This document shows, in pieces, positions 29,491 through 39,942 of a stretch of DNA of 64,000 nt. Source of the stretch: Candidatus Omnitrophota bacterium (GTDB taxonomy: Bacteria; Omnitrophota; Gorgyraeia; Gygaellales; Profunditerraquicolaceae). Where the stretch lies: positions 21,931 through 85,930 of the forward strand of contig WOZK01000004.1 in assembly GCA_011620275.1 (NCBI GenBank). The letters run 5' to 3'. Below the pieces are notes generated by a model that saw only the letters and a list, made by a program, of their open reading frames with translations, did not search any database and was not told the origin of the DNA. Both the position numbers and the translations under genes were made by a program. Within the stretch, counting starts at the first letter, position 1. Each line of letters begins with the position of its first letter.

Positions 29491-29707
29491 CCAGTACTTT
29501 ATTAAAATTTATTTTCTTTGTGCTTACTTTCCAAAAGCCATCTTATTGTAACATATTGGCATTAGAAACGCTGCGCGTATTTTAATGCGTTGATTATCTT
29601 TGATTTCATGTCGGTTTAACGCTACTTCTCGGCGATAAAACCATTAAATTGAGCCGTTCTTTAACAAAGTACTGATACACTAAAAAACTTATGTAACAGA
29701 ACACTAG
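29491..29707. mobile_element. AT-rich MITE-like insert between bamA and skp
   Basis: Inverted ends CAGTACTTTTATTAA (~29493) / TTAACAAAGTACTG (~29661-29674); plus CTAGTGTTCTGTTACATAAG end sharing the bamA TAG. Confidence 0.55.
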
Positions 29708-32106
29708 AACCCGTGGCTCATATTGAAATGGAACCTGCCGTCGCCTTTGGAGTCCTCTCCCGAAGCCTTGTCGAGCGGGATACCGTAATCAAGCATGATT
29801 GGGCCGATCGGCGTCTTGATGCGGAAGCCTATACCGGTGCCGGCTTTCAACCCGCCGCTGCCCAATTTGTTGGCTTTTTCCCAAACATTACCGATATCAT
29901 AGAAAAACGCCACGCGCAGGAAATTCATCAGCGGATACGTGTATTCGGCGTTGGCGACCATTATCGCCTGACCGCCCTTGGGATCATCATTCCCGTAGTA
30001 TGGACCGATCCTGCGTTCCTTGTAACCGCGGATGGTATTGGCTCCTCCGGCGAAATATCGCTCATAAATAGGCACTGTGGAAGTATCTCCATAAGGTTCA
30101 GCCACGCCCGTGCGCAGCCTCAATTCCATCACCGACTTCATGAACAGCGGCTGGTAATGCGACATCCTCAGGAAAAGCTTGTAGAAGTCTTTGTCTCCTC
30201 CGAACGGACCGCCGGCGACGTCAACAGTGCCGCTGACAAGATCTCCCCTGCGCGGGTCGAACACATTATCCCTGCTGTCGTAGGTGAAGCCGTAATTCAT
30301 ACTGCTGATATTATATTTCCCAATTTCCTCTTCTATAAATTCGGTGTTTGTATTTAAGTCATCGCTGGGATTGCTGATCTCGATCTGCTCATACTTATAC
30401 ATCACGCTACCCTTGAGATACTCGCTCAGGTCCTTAGTCAGGCGCAGGTCGCCGCCGGTGACGTCTTCATCGTAGCCGTAACCGACGTCGGAATCGCGCT
30501 CGTGCGTACGCCTGTAAATATCGAAACCGAATGAAACCGGATAATCGAATATCCAGGGCTGGGTAAAGCTCAGTTCATACCCTTGGGTCAGGCTGCCGAT
30601 AGAAGCCCTGATCTTCAGGTCCTGCCCGCCGCCGGTGAAATAGGGAAAATTCTTCCAGTCGAAATTTCGCTGTTCTATCTCCACAAAACCGATGAACTCG
30701 TCCACGCTGCTGTAGCCGCCGCCGAAGCTAAACATACCGGTCTTCGACTCTTTCACGTCCACCACCAGGTCTTTGCGGTTGGGGACATCGGTATCCTCGG
30801 TATCGTAGCTGATCTCCTCGAAAAACCCGAGGTTCTGCAGCCTTTCCTTGCTCCTGCGCAGCTTGTCTCCGTCGAAACGGTCGCCGGGATGTATACGCAG
30901 TTCACGGCGGATGACTATATCCCTGGTCTTGACGTTGCCGCGTATCTTGATCTTGTTCACGTAGGCGATATCGTTCTCGACTATACGGTAAAGAATGTCC
31001 ACGTTGCCGTTGACCAGGCTTAAAGACGTGCTCTCCAGCACCCCGGCAAAGATGTAGCCTTTATCGAAATACAAACCCTGGATGGATGCGATATCTTCGT
31101 GCATCCCCTCCTGACTGAATACCTTGCCCGGCACGCAAACCTTGATCCTCTCCATTATGTCTTTCTGCGCGATATCTTTGTTCCCTTCTACCTTCACGGA
31201 GCCCACGAAATATTTCCTGCCCTCGTTTATGGTAACTATGACCGACAGGGTATTACGGTGTTTGTTCGGGACCACTTCGTAAGAAACCGTCATATCCGCG
31301 TAGCCGCTGCGCCTGTAGAAATCGCGCAGCCGATCCATATCCTCCTTTATTACTTCTTCCTTAAGTATCCCGGAATTGAAAAGCCAGGCGCGCCTGGTCT
31401 TCATTATCTTTAATATCTTGCCTTTTTTGTATGCCTTGGCGCCGCGGACGAAAATGTCCCGTATCTTGGCCCTGAAGCCTTCTTCTACCTTGAAAATGAC
31501 CAGCGCCTTGCCGTTCTCCTTGTTGAAATCAACGGAATATTCGACTTTCGCGTTGCTGTAGCCGCGCTTCTCGTAAAGCGCCCTCAGCGTCGCGCTGTCA
31601 TCGGTCAATGTCGGATGGTCGAGATACTGCGATTCTTTTGACTTAATCATCCCTTTAAGCTTATCTTCTTTCATACGAAGGGTTTTCACCCCTGAAAAGG
31701 AAATTTTTTCTATAAGCGGACGCTCGTTGACCGTTATCACGAGCTTGAGCCCGCCGTTATAAGGCTTGACGTCTGTATTTATATCGCTAAAAAAACCGAG
31801 CAGATACAGCCTCTTGATGTCGTCGCTTACAACGTTCTCCTGGTAAAGGCCGCCGACTTTCGTCTTTATTTTGGCTATTATGGTATTGGTGCTGATGGTT
31901 TTGTTACCGGCGACTTCTATCGCGGTAACCTTGGAATCCGGAGATATTGTCGGAGAATTCTCTACCCGGGGAAGCGTTGCGGCTGAAGAAGGAGCAGCCT
32001 GCGAAACGCCGCTGCCGGCAGGCTGGGAATCCTGCGCGAATGCGGCGGCCGCCATGAAAAAGGCGAGAACAAAAGGTATTGCCCGGAACATATTCTTATG
32101 CGTCAT
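29704..32106 (-). CDS. bamA: Outer membrane protein assembly factor BamA
   Basis: Signal peptide, POTRA repeats, GN.KT.D.VIRRE, IRGY, TPIGP, C-terminal F. Confidence 0.95.
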   Translation of the reverse strand: MTHKNMFRAIPFVLAFFMAAAAFAQDSQPAGSGVSQAAPSSAATLPRVENSPTISPDSKVTAIEVAGNKTISTNTIIAKIKTKVGGLYQENVVSDDIKRLYLLGFFSDINTDVKPYNGGLKLVITVNERPLIEKISFSGVKTLRMKEDKLKGMIKSKESQYLDHPTLTDDSATLRALYEKRGYSNAKVEYSVDFNKENGKALVIFKVEEGFRAKIRDIFVRGAKAYKKGKILKIMKTRRAWLFNSGILKEEVIKEDMDRLRDFYRRSGYADMTVSYEVVPNKHRNTLSVIVTINEGRKYFVGSVKVEGNKDIAQKDIMERIKVCVPGKVFSQEGMHEDIASIQGLYFDKGYIFAGVLESTSLSLVNGNVDILYRIVENDIAYVNKIKIRGNVKTRDIVIRRELRIHPGDRFDGDKLRRSKERLQNLGFFEEISYDTEDTDVPNRKDLVVDVKESKTGMFSFGGGYSSVDEFIGFVEIEQRNFDWKNFPYFTGGGQDLKIRASIGSLTQGYELSFTQPWIFDYPVSFGFDIYRRTHERDSDVGYGYDEDVTGGDLRLTKDLSEYLKGSVMYKYEQIEISNPSDDLNTNTEFIEEEIGKYNISSMNYGFTYDSRDNVFDPRRGDLVSGTVDVAGGPFGGDKDFYKLFLRMSHYQPLFMKSVMELRLRTGVAEPYGDTSTVPIYERYFAGGANTIRGYKERRIGPYYGNDDPKGGQAIMVANAEYTYPLMNFLRVAFFYDIGNVWEKANKLGSGGLKAGTGIGFRIKTPIGPIMLDYGIPLDKASGEDSKGDGRFHFNMSHGF

Positions 32107-32302
32107 ATCCGAAGTGAAATTTTATACCTCATACACGTTAACCCCGGCCGCGTCACCGTCGAAAAATACACGGTCGCAACAATTTTTCTCAGTATAACAC
32201 ACCGCATTCAAAAAGCAATAGAAAAATCTCTCCCCGAATTAACTCATATGAAATCTAACCGAAAGTTTTCTATACAGGCAGGTATCGTTGACTCATCAGA
32301 TC

Positions 32303-33243
32303 CCGGGGACACAATACTTAATTATAAGTTTCCTGTAAGTTTTAAATGGGTACGTAGTGTTTATTAAGTCTGGTAAAATCCAAACGGCCGGTTACCAGGA
32401 AAGCGCCGATCCTGAAGTACCGGAAGGTGCTGAAACCTATGGCGTTAGCCTTAGCCGCCTGAATTAAGAAATTAAGTCCTTCAAGGAAACCGTTATCAAT
32501 GTGCGATTTCTTCCACTGCACAACACCTTCCCAGTGAGCTTTAATCGTGCGGGCGGCTTTGTGTCTGTACTTCTTGTTTGCGAACCGTATCAACTGCCGT
32601 GTTGATGATTTTGATGATATGGAACCGGCCAAAGGTAATCTCGGCGTTAGGGAAATTATCCTTAATGCCCTTTATAAAAGCCGGCCACATATCACAACTG
32701 ACATCCGTGACTGCCTGCGGGTTGCCGTTGTGTTCTTTGATATCCTCGGCAAAAGCTTCAACGGTCTTTTGGTCATTGCCTTCGGCGATGAAAACGGTTC
32801 GCTTCTTGAGAAGGTCAACGAACAAGGTAATGTAATCGTGGCCCTTACGCCTTGAAGTCTCATCTATGCCGACGCCTTTAAGATCCCTGTAATCGTTGCC
32901 GGCCAAGGCCAGAGTCACATAACGTTCCAGTATCGCCCAAATCTTGTAATCTGATTCGCCAGTAATCCGGCTGACAGTATGAACCGGCATATGGCCGGCT
33001 AACTGGATAAGCAAAATGAAAAATCGCGCCTTTGTGAAAATCAATGTGAATATCCAGCCGCTTGCTTTCGGCGCTAAACTGGATATCTTTGATATACCAC
33101 GGTTCTTGAATATTTAGAGCAAGCTCAAACAGCTGTTGGGTAAACATTGGCATCCTCCTGGTTTATTGTTCCTACAGGATTATACCAAATTACCCATTCG
33201 AATTTCAGTAGACTGTTAAATTAAGTATTGTGTCCCCGGAATT
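32303..33243. repeat. Inverted GGGGACAC repeat pair enclosing the ISL3 remnant
   Basis: Forward copy 32303-32323, reverse copy 33219-33243. Confidence 0.85.
32342..33153 (-). pseudogene. ISL3-family transposase, fragmented
   Basis: Three frames: LF.LAL.I..PW; GIDETSRRKGHDY, SCDM..AF, .FH; NGFLEG.N..IQ.AK. Confidence 0.9.
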
Positions 33244-33249
33244 ACGGAA

Positions 33250-34596
33250 TCAGAACTCTACCCTGGCGTAATTCTCAAAACGGGTATATTCTTTTATGAA
33301 GGAGAGTTTAACCGACCCGACCGGGCCGTTACGTTGTTTGGCGACTATGATTTCGGCGATACCTTGATTTTCCGGGGTGGGATTATAATATTCTTCCCTG
33401 AGAATAAGCACCACCACGTCGGCGTCCTGTTCAATGGCTCCCGATTCCCTCAAATCCGATAACTGCGGACGGTGATCGTCGCGACGCTCCACGGCGCGCG
33501 AAAGCTGGCTGATGGCGATAACCGGCACGTTAAGCTCCCTGGCCAGCGCCTTCAAGGAACGCGATATTTCGGATATCTCCTGCTGTCGGCTTTCGTCCGA
33601 ACCGCTGCCGCTGCCGCGCATCAACTGCAGGTAATCCAAAATTATAAACTGGATATCGTGGTGAGATTTGAGCCTGCGCGCCTTGGCGCGCAGTTCCATT
33701 ACCGATATGCCCGGGGTATCATCGATATAGATGGGTGCCTCGGAAAGCCGTCCGGCGGCCGCAGTGAGTTTGGGCCAGTCGGACGCGGAAAGATAACCGG
33801 TCCTGACCTTGTGGGCATCGACCCTGGCGTGAGAACAAAGCATCCTTTGCACCAACTGTTCTTTGGACATTTCCAGGCTGAATATGGCGGTGGGCACCTT
33901 GGCGGATACCCCGGCGTATTCGGCCATGGACAAAGCCAAGGCGCTCTTACCCATGGAAGGACGCGCCGCCACAATCACCAGGTCGGACGCCTGCATACCG
34001 GAAGTTATCGTGTCGAAATCCAGGAAACCGGTGGGGATACCGGTGACATGCGCCTTCTTCTGGTAGAGACGATCGATATTCTCTATACTGTCCTTGATAA
34101 TCTCTTTCAGGTGGACGGCGCTTCCCCGGTGGCGGCGGTCGCTCACTTCGAAGATGAGTTTCTCGGCGTTATCGACCACCTCGCGGACGTTCCCCTCGTT
34201 CTCGTAACAGGAAGAGATGATGCGAGTGGCGCTGCTGATTAGCCCGCGCAGAACGCTTTTATCGCGGACTATCCCGCTGTAATGACGGATGTTGGCCGCG
34301 CTCGGCACCGCGTTGACCATAGACGCCAGATAACTGGCTCCGCCGGTCTCCTCGAGTATCCCCTTGCGGCGCAGTTCGTCTGTCAGCGTGATAAGATCAA
34401 CCGCCTTGTTGACGTTGAAAAGATCCAGTATGGTCTCGAATATCTTGCGGTGGGAATCTTTATAGAAACATTCTTTGCCGAGGTGCTCCGCGGCGACCGC
34501 TATCGCCTCTTCATCCATAAGCATGGAGCCGATTACCGCCATTTCGGCGTCCAGGTTCTGCGGCGGGAGCTTCTCGATGGAACTTTCCGTAGGCAT
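33250..34596 (-). CDS. dnaB: Replicative DNA helicase
   Basis: PPQN.DAE, AARPSMGKS, FSLEM, DYLQL, LSDLRESGAIEQDAD, KQRNGP; no intein. Confidence 0.97.
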   Translation of the reverse strand: MPTESSIEKLPPQNLDAEMAVIGSMLMDEEAIAVAAEHLGKECFYKDSHRKIFETILDLFNVNKAVDLITLTDELRRKGILEETGGASYLASMVNAVPSAANIRHYSGIVRDKSVLRGLISSATRIISSCYENEGNVREVVDNAEKLIFEVSDRRHRGSAVHLKEIIKDSIENIDRLYQKKAHVTGIPTGFLDFDTITSGMQASDLVIVAARPSMGKSALALSMAEYAGVSAKVPTAIFSLEMSKEQLVQRMLCSHARVDAHKVRTGYLSASDWPKLTAAAGRLSEAPIYIDDTPGISVMELRAKARRLKSHHDIQFIILDYLQLMRGSGSGSDESRQQEISEISRSLKALARELNVPVIAISQLSRAVERRDDHRPQLSDLRESGAIEQDADVVVLILREEYYNPTPENQGIAEIIVAKQRNGPVGSVKLSFIKEYTRFENYARVEF

Positions 34597-34607
34597 AATT
34601 CTACAAA

Positions 34608-34705
34608 ATGGGATGAAGACCGAAGAATGAAGTACGAAACTTGCTAACTAAAGATAAATACGAAGGTATTTCTTGCGTCCTTCGTGCCTCGTCCCCCGTC
34701 CTTCA
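34608..34705. repeat. Degenerate heptamer-repeat hairpin (GACGAAG-like / CTTCGTC-like)
   Basis: GATGAAGACCGAAGAATGAAGTACGAA ... TCCTTCGTGCCTCGTCCCCCGTCCTTC. Confidence 0.5.
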
Positions 34706-34722
34706 AATTATGGATTCTTTTC

Positions 34723-35166
34723 TTATTTCTTCACCACCCATACCTTGACCTTACCTTCGACTTCAGGGTGGAGTCTAACCGGAACTTCGTAAATCCCGAG
34801 GGCCCTGATAGGCTCCTCGAGCAGTATATCTCTCTTCTGCAGAATAATGCCTTCGTCTTTCAAGGCCTGCAGGATATCCACGGAGGAGATACCGGCGTAC
34901 AGTTTATCGTCCTCCTGAGTGAGCACCGGCATGGTCAAAGAGAGAGCCTCAAGGCGCGCGCGCGTCTTCTCGGCTTCATTCTTCAAGGCCTCCAGTTCTT
35001 TGGCCTTTTTTTTCATTTTCGCTTCCAGCGCCTTCAGGTTCCCCGGAGTGGAAGGAAGCGCCAGCTTCCTGGGGAACAGAAAATTACGGGCGAACCCGTC
35101 TTTCACATTAATCACGGTCCCCAGTTTGCCGATTTTATCGATATTATCGGTAAGTATCACTTTCAT
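34723..35166 (-). CDS. rplI: 50S ribosomal protein L9
   Basis: MKVIL, G..G....VK.G.ARNFL.P. Confidence 0.96.
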   Translation of the reverse strand: MKVILTDNIDKIGKLGTVINVKDGFARNFLFPRKLALPSTPGNLKALEAKMKKKAKELEALKNEAEKTRARLEALSLTMPVLTQEDDKLYAGISSVDILQALKDEGIILQKRDILLEEPIRALGIYEVPVRLHPEVEGKVKVWVVKK

Positions 35167-35167
35167 T

Positions 35168-35437
35168 TTAAGCCCTCGAATAAGGTAACAGGGCCAGGAA
35201 CCTCGCCCTTTTGATTGCAGTCACAAGTCTCCTTTGATGCTTGGCGCAATTCCCCGAGAGACGGCTGGAAACAATCTTACCCCTGTCCCTCATGAAGAAT
35301 TCGAGCCTCTTGATGTCTTTATAATCTATGTTTTCCATCTTGTCGGCGCAGAAACGGCATATCCTCTTGCGGCCGGAAGAACCGGAATCCTTTCTTCTCT
35401 TGTTTCTGTTAGGCGTTTTCCTGATTTTCTCTTTCAT
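35168..35437 (-). CDS. rpsR: 30S ribosomal protein S18
   Basis: CRFC, IDYKD, RGKI, CAKHQR, AIKRAR..ALLPY. Confidence 0.96.
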   Translation of the reverse strand: MKEKIRKTPNRNKRRKDSGSSGRKRICRFCADKMENIDYKDIKRLEFFMRDRGKIVSSRLSGNCAKHQRRLVTAIKRARFLALLPYSRA

Positions 35438-35858
35438 TGAACTTCTCCTCGCTTTCTCCCATCCATTCAGCTTCAGTGGAATGTTCCATATTCGTCTCTG
35501 CCGGCGCCGCCGCTCCGTCCCTGGCGCCGCCTCCGCCGAGGAATTGCACCCGCTCGGCCCTCACTTCTATCGTACTGCGTTTTTGCCCGCTGGCATCTTC
35601 CCAGGAACGCGACTGCAGGCGCCCCTCGATGAAAACCGGACTGCCTTTGCGCAGATACTGATTGCAGGTCTCGGCCTGTTTATCCCAGACTACCGCCGTC
35701 ACGAAACAGGTCTCTTCTTTTAATTCCTGGTTCCTGTCCTTGAACCTGCGGTTGACCGCCAGACGAAGATTAACCACACCGGTCCCCTGCGGGGTATAAC
35801 GCAACTCCGGATCCTTGGTCAGGTTGCCGATAAGAAACACCCGGTTAAAATTAGCCAT
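35409..35858 (-). CDS. ssb: Single-stranded DNA-binding protein
   Basis: [26 protein letters not shown]. Confidence 0.95.
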   Translation of the reverse strand: MANFNRVFLIGNLTKDPELRYTPQGTGVVNLRLAVNRRFKDRNQELKEETCFVTAVVWDKQAETCNQYLRKGSPVFIEGRLQSRSWEDASGQKRSTIEVRAERVQFLGGGGARDGAAAPAETNMEHSTEAEWMGESEEKFNERENQENA

Positions 35859-35891
35859 ATCGCATCCTCCCCCGTCCGGCTAAGAAAGCAA

Positions 35892-36185
35892 TTACTTGCT
35901 CTCATGCACGGTTATAAGCGTCCTTAACACGTTATCATTCAGTTTATACACCCCGAGTATCTTTTCTATAGCCCCGGGTTCGGCCGAGAAATCGATCAGA
36001 TAATAAACTCCCTCCGCGTGCTTCTTGATGGGGAACTGCAGTTTCCTGCGCTCTGCCCAGACTCCCGCCTGCGCCACGGTACCCGTGTTTGCGGTTATCG
36101 TATCCGTAAGCTGCGCCAGAACGGCCTTTCTTTCGTCTTCGGAAAGTTCCGGCTTAATAATCACCATAGCTTCATACTTATTCAT
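35892..36185 (-). CDS. rpsF: 30S ribosomal protein S6
   Basis: YE.M.I..P, W..R.L.FPI.K...G.Y. Confidence 0.94.
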   Translation of the reverse strand: MNKYEAMVIIKPELSEDERKAVLAQLTDTITANTGTVAQAGVWAERRKLQFPIKKHAEGVYYLIDFSAEPGAIEKILGVYKLNDNVLRTLITVHESK

Positions 36186-36248
36186 CCTGTCTTGCTCCTT
36201 TTCTATTCCTATTGTTATCCCGCTCCGCTTGGCTAAGGTAAAACCGGC

Positions 36249-36836
36249 TTAAGACCCCGGGATTTCCGGGCGGAGGAAATTGAAACGATTCATCGCCTTC
36301 TCCGTTCCTTCCGCAAGCCAAGTCTTGCAGCACTCTATAGCCGTCTCCAGTACTCCCGGCAGGGAGCCTTTTTCAAACGGACCGAATTTCTCAAGAACGT
36401 ATACGGCAGCATCGATCCCGGCAGACGGCCTGCCTATCCCCATCCGCAGACGGCAGAAGTCTACATTTCCCAGGGATTCGATTATCGAAGCTATCCCTTT
36501 GTGCCCTCCGGAGGACCCGCCGCGCTTAATCCGGAGCGTCCCGAAATCGAAATCCATATCGTCGCAGACGACCAGAAGTTCGTAACCGCCCTTGCCGTAT
36601 TTGGCGGTCATGGCCTTCACTGCGCGTCCCGATAAATTCATATACGTGTACGGCAAGGCCAGGACGACTTCCTCTCCGCAGAAAGTTCCGCGGGCGATAA
36701 ATGAATACACGCCGCTGTCCCGCCTGAAAGACAGCCCGGCCTCGCATCCCAACGCCTGCACCAAAATATTACCCAGGTTATGCCTGGTATTCACGTATTC
36801 TTTCCCGGGATTCCCCAGGCCGACGATGAATTTCAT
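36249..36836 (-). CDS. pth: Peptidyl-tRNA hydrolase
   Basis: GLGNPG..Y..TRHN.G, YMNLSG, GGH.G, R.GIGRP. Confidence 0.95.
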   Translation of the reverse strand: MKFIVGLGNPGKEYVNTRHNLGNILVQALGCEAGLSFRRDSGVYSFIARGTFCGEEVVLALPYTYMNLSGRAVKAMTAKYGKGGYELLVVCDDMDFDFGTLRIKRGGSSGGHKGIASIIESLGNVDFCRLRMGIGRPSAGIDAAVYVLEKFGPFEKGSLPGVLETAIECCKTWLAEGTEKAMNRFNFLRPEIPGS

Positions 36837-36840
36837 CGGT

Positions 36841-37515
36841 TTACTTCTTCTCTTTGTCCTTGGATTCTTCCGCGGGCGCTTCTTTTTTCTCTTTTATGAC
36901 TTCCGGCTCGGCCTTCGCTTCACCCTCCGCCGCCGCCTCTTCCTCCACCGCCTGCACCGTCGGAGCCGCGACCGTGAAGAGCACGCTTTCCGGTTCGGTC
37001 AGGGCCTTTACCCCGGACGGAAGATTCAAATCCTTGACGTGCATGGATTCGCCGAGTTTCAGCCCGCTGATGTCCACTTCTATCTTTTCAGGGATGTCGG
37101 TAGGAAGACACTCCACCTCTATTTCCCAGAGGATATGCTCCAGTGACCCGCCTTCCTGCTTTACACCTGCAGGTTCGCCGCTGCCGATGATCGGCACGTT
37201 CAAACGCAGTTTTTTGTCCATCGAAATAGAGTTAAAATCGACGTGGATGATATCCCCGTGCAGCGGATCCAGCTGTATGTCCTTTATAAGACAAGGTTTC
37301 TCCGTTTCGCCTTCCATCCTCAAGGTAACGAGCGCATTCTCCAGCCTGTGTTTATGCACCAGGTCGAAAAGCTGGCGCATGGAGACCTGCACGGGACGCC
37401 CTTCCTTGCCTTCTCCGTAAATTACCGCCGGGATAAAACCTTTATCGCGGAGAGCCTTGACCTTGCTCCTGCCGGTCTCGGCCCTTGTCTCGACGTTAAG
37501 AAACATTTTTTCCAT
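36841..37515 (-). CDS. rplY: 50S ribosomal protein L25/CTC
   Basis: LR..G.IPAVIYG, HVDF, GVK.GG, IEVDIS.L..G. Confidence 0.95.
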   Translation of the reverse strand: MEKMFLNVETRAETGRSKVKALRDKGFIPAVIYGEGKEGRPVQVSMRQLFDLVHKHRLENALVTLRMEGETEKPCLIKDIQLDPLHGDIIHVDFNSISMDKKLRLNVPIIGSGEPAGVKQEGGSLEHILWEIEVECLPTDIPEKIEVDISGLKLGESMHVKDLNLPSGVKALTEPESVLFTVAAPTVQAVEEEAAAEGEAKAEPEVIKEKKEAPAEESKDKEKK

Positions 37516-37645
37516 TACCGCTACCTCTCTTCCTTATGCAGTACTGCCTTGTGCTTGAATACCGGAGTAAAGCCCGCCGCGACTACCGCCCGGCGGACAT
37601 TAGCCTGCGTCCGCTAATCGGCGGCCTGGGCGCTCGGAGAAAACT

Positions 37646-38584
37646 CTAATCGAACAGAGAGCTTACCGACTCCTCGTTATGTATCCTTCTTATCGCCTCT
37701 CCCAACAGAGGCGCGACCGACAACGTTCTTAACCGCGGATGCACCCTGCTGCCTTCGGAAGGGATACTGTCTGTGATAACCAGTTCCTCGAGCCAGCGGC
37801 AGGCGTCCAGGCGCTCCATAGCCGGGCCGGAAAGCACCCCGTGGGTGATGCCCGCCCTGATCGATCTGGCTTTATACTTATGCAATATCTCCACCGCTTC
37901 GAAAAGCGAACTGCCGGTGGCTACCAAATCGTCGACGATAAGGACATCTTTTCCTTCCACCTCGCCTAATATATGCATAACCTCGGCCTTGTCCGGCGAT
38001 ATCCGCCTTTTGTCTATAATTGCCAGCGACGCCATCAGCCTCTTGGCATACGACCTGGCCATTTTTATGCTGCCGACGTCTGGGGATACCACCACGATAT
38101 TCTTTAATCCCAGGTTCTTGATATAATCTATGAAAACCCCCACGGCGAACAGGTGGTCCACCGGGATATCGAAAAATCCCTGTATCTGCCCGGCGTGCAG
38201 GTCCATTGTCAGCACCCTGTTTGCACCGGCGGTTGTCAAAAGATTAGCCACGAGCTTGGCGCTGATGGGAACGCGCGGCTGGTCTTTCCTATCCTGCCTG
38301 GCGTAACCGAAATAAGGCATCACCGCAGTTATGCGCTGGCTGGATGCTCTTTTGAGGGCATCAATCATCACCAGCAGCTCCACCAGATTCTCATTCACCG
38401 GAGGGCACGTCGGCTGGACGATAAAAACGTCCTTGCCCCGTATGTTATCGTTTATCTTTACCCTTACCTCGCCCTCGCTGAATCTGCCTACCATCGCATC
38501 CGAGACATCTATCTTGAGGTAATTGCAAATGCTCTTAGCCAGTTCAGGATGGGCGTTACCGGTGAATACCGCGAGTTTATTCAT
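37646..38584 (-). CDS. prs: Ribose-phosphate pyrophosphokinase
   Basis: PYFGYARQD, DLHAGQIQGFF, SPD.G, VDDLVATG. Confidence 0.97.
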   Translation of the reverse strand: MNKLAVFTGNAHPELAKSICNYLKIDVSDAMVGRFSEGEVRVKINDNIRGKDVFIVQPTCPPVNENLVELLVMIDALKRASSQRITAVMPYFGYARQDRKDQPRVPISAKLVANLLTTAGANRVLTMDLHAGQIQGFFDIPVDHLFAVGVFIDYIKNLGLKNIVVVSPDVGSIKMARSYAKRLMASLAIIDKRRISPDKAEVMHILGEVEGKDVLIVDDLVATGSSLFEAVEILHKYKARSIRAGITHGVLSGPAMERLDACRWLEELVITDSIPSEGSRVHPRLRTLSVAPLLGEAIRRIHNEESVSSLFD

Positions 38585-38673
38585 CTCTCTCCGATTCCTC
38601 CGTATGGCAAAAAAAACTTGGTCTTGGAATGAAGTTTCCCGGACTCGAAAGCCGGGGATCTCTGCGTCCTGAT

Positions 38674-39942
38674 TTACCGCCGCTTACTCCTGTTCAAAAC
38701 CCTTGCCGGCACTCCCGCCACCACTCCTCCGTCGGGAACGCTGCGTCCCCTGGTGACTACGGAACCGGCGCCGGTTTTCGCGCCCCTGCCTACGCGGACC
38801 GGAGCGATCAACACCGTATCCGAACCGATAAAGGCGTTATCCGCTATCACCGTATTGTGCTTATTGGCGCCGTCAAAATTGGCGGTTACCGTTCCGGCGC
38901 CGATATTGGCGCCGCGCCCGACGCGCGTATCGCCGAGATAGGAAAAATGCTTCACAAAGACGTTCTTTCCCACGTTGGCGCGCACCATTTCTATAAAATT
39001 CCCGGCGCAGACATTGTCCGCAAGGCGGGTCCCTTCACGCAAATGCGCAAACGGCCCTATCGAACAGTTTTTCCCGATTTTAACATCCCTTTCTATGACT
39101 GTAAAGGGATAAATAACGGTATCTTCGCCTATTTTGGTGCCGTGATTGATGAAAACCGTCTCCGGAGCCGTAAGGCTAACGCCCTGTTTCATATAGCTCT
39201 CGTTCAGGCGCGCCTGCATTATAACATTCGCGGCCGCCAGCTCGACGCGGGAATTGACTCCCATTCCCTCGCGATTATCCTTGACACGCATCCCGCCGAT
39301 CGCCTTACCCATCGAATACAGTATCCCTATGCAATCGGTGAGATAATATTCTTTCTTGCGGTTACGCGGCTTTACCTTCTTCAGGCTCGCGGCCAGGCAG
39401 TCCTTGTTGAAACAGACTACCCCGGTATTGATCTCCTTGATCTCTTTCTGGTAACCGTCGGCCTCCGCCGCTTCCACGATGCCGCTTATGGCGGAATACT
39501 CATCCCTGACGATCCTACCGTATTCGGCCGCGTCCTCCACCACCGCGGTCAGTACCGTGGCCGCTGCCCCGCTCCTGCGGTGTTCCGCGACCAGTTTCTT
39601 CAATGTGTCCGCTTTAAGCAGAGGCATATCACCGTAAAGCACGACGACGTCGCCGCTAAAGTCCTTAAGCAAACCAAGCGCCTGAGACACCGCGGAGGCC
39701 GTACCGTTTATCTTTTTTTGCACGGCGATACGGACATTGCCGGACAGACAAGCGGCGACCTGCTCGTGTTTATATCCCAAGACGGCCACGCACGGCCCGG
39801 TCTTGAATTCATTGGCCTGATCCAAAACATATCTCAGCATCGGCCTGCCGCACAAAGGATGCAGCACTTTCGGCAGGCTCGAACGCATGCGCGTACTCTT
39901 ACCGGCGGCAAGAATTATACAAGCTGTTTTCTGTGAGCTCAT
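38674..39942 (-). CDS. glmU: Bifunctional GlmU (shortened LbH region)
   Basis: LAAGKSTRM.S..PK.LH, EINTG, EYYLTD, IGPFA.LR, H.SYLGD, GAGT.TAN.DG. Confidence 0.93.
   Translation of the reverse strand: MSSQKTACIILAAGKSTRMRSSLPKVLHPLCGRPMLRYVLDQANEFKTGPCVAVLGYKHEQVAACLSGNVRIAVQKKINGTASAVSQALGLLKDFSGDVVVLYGDMPLLKADTLKKLVAEHRRSGAAATVLTAVVEDAAEYGRIVRDEYSAISGIVEAAEADGYQKEIKEINTGVVCFNKDCLAASLKKVKPRNRKKEYYLTDCIGILYSMGKAIGGMRVKDNREGMGVNSRVELAAANVIMQARLNESYMKQGVSLTAPETVFINHGTKIGEDTVIYPFTVIERDVKIGKNCSIGPFAHLREGTRLADNVCAGNFIEMVRANVGKNVFVKHFSYLGDTRVGRGANIGAGTVTANFDGANKHNTVIADNAFIGSDTVLIAPVRVGRGAKTGAGSVVTRGRSVPDGGVVAGVPARVLNRSKRR

Noticed and set aside
33250-34596. Intein in dnaB (also checked ligA)
   Set aside because: Normal lengths and continuous motifs.
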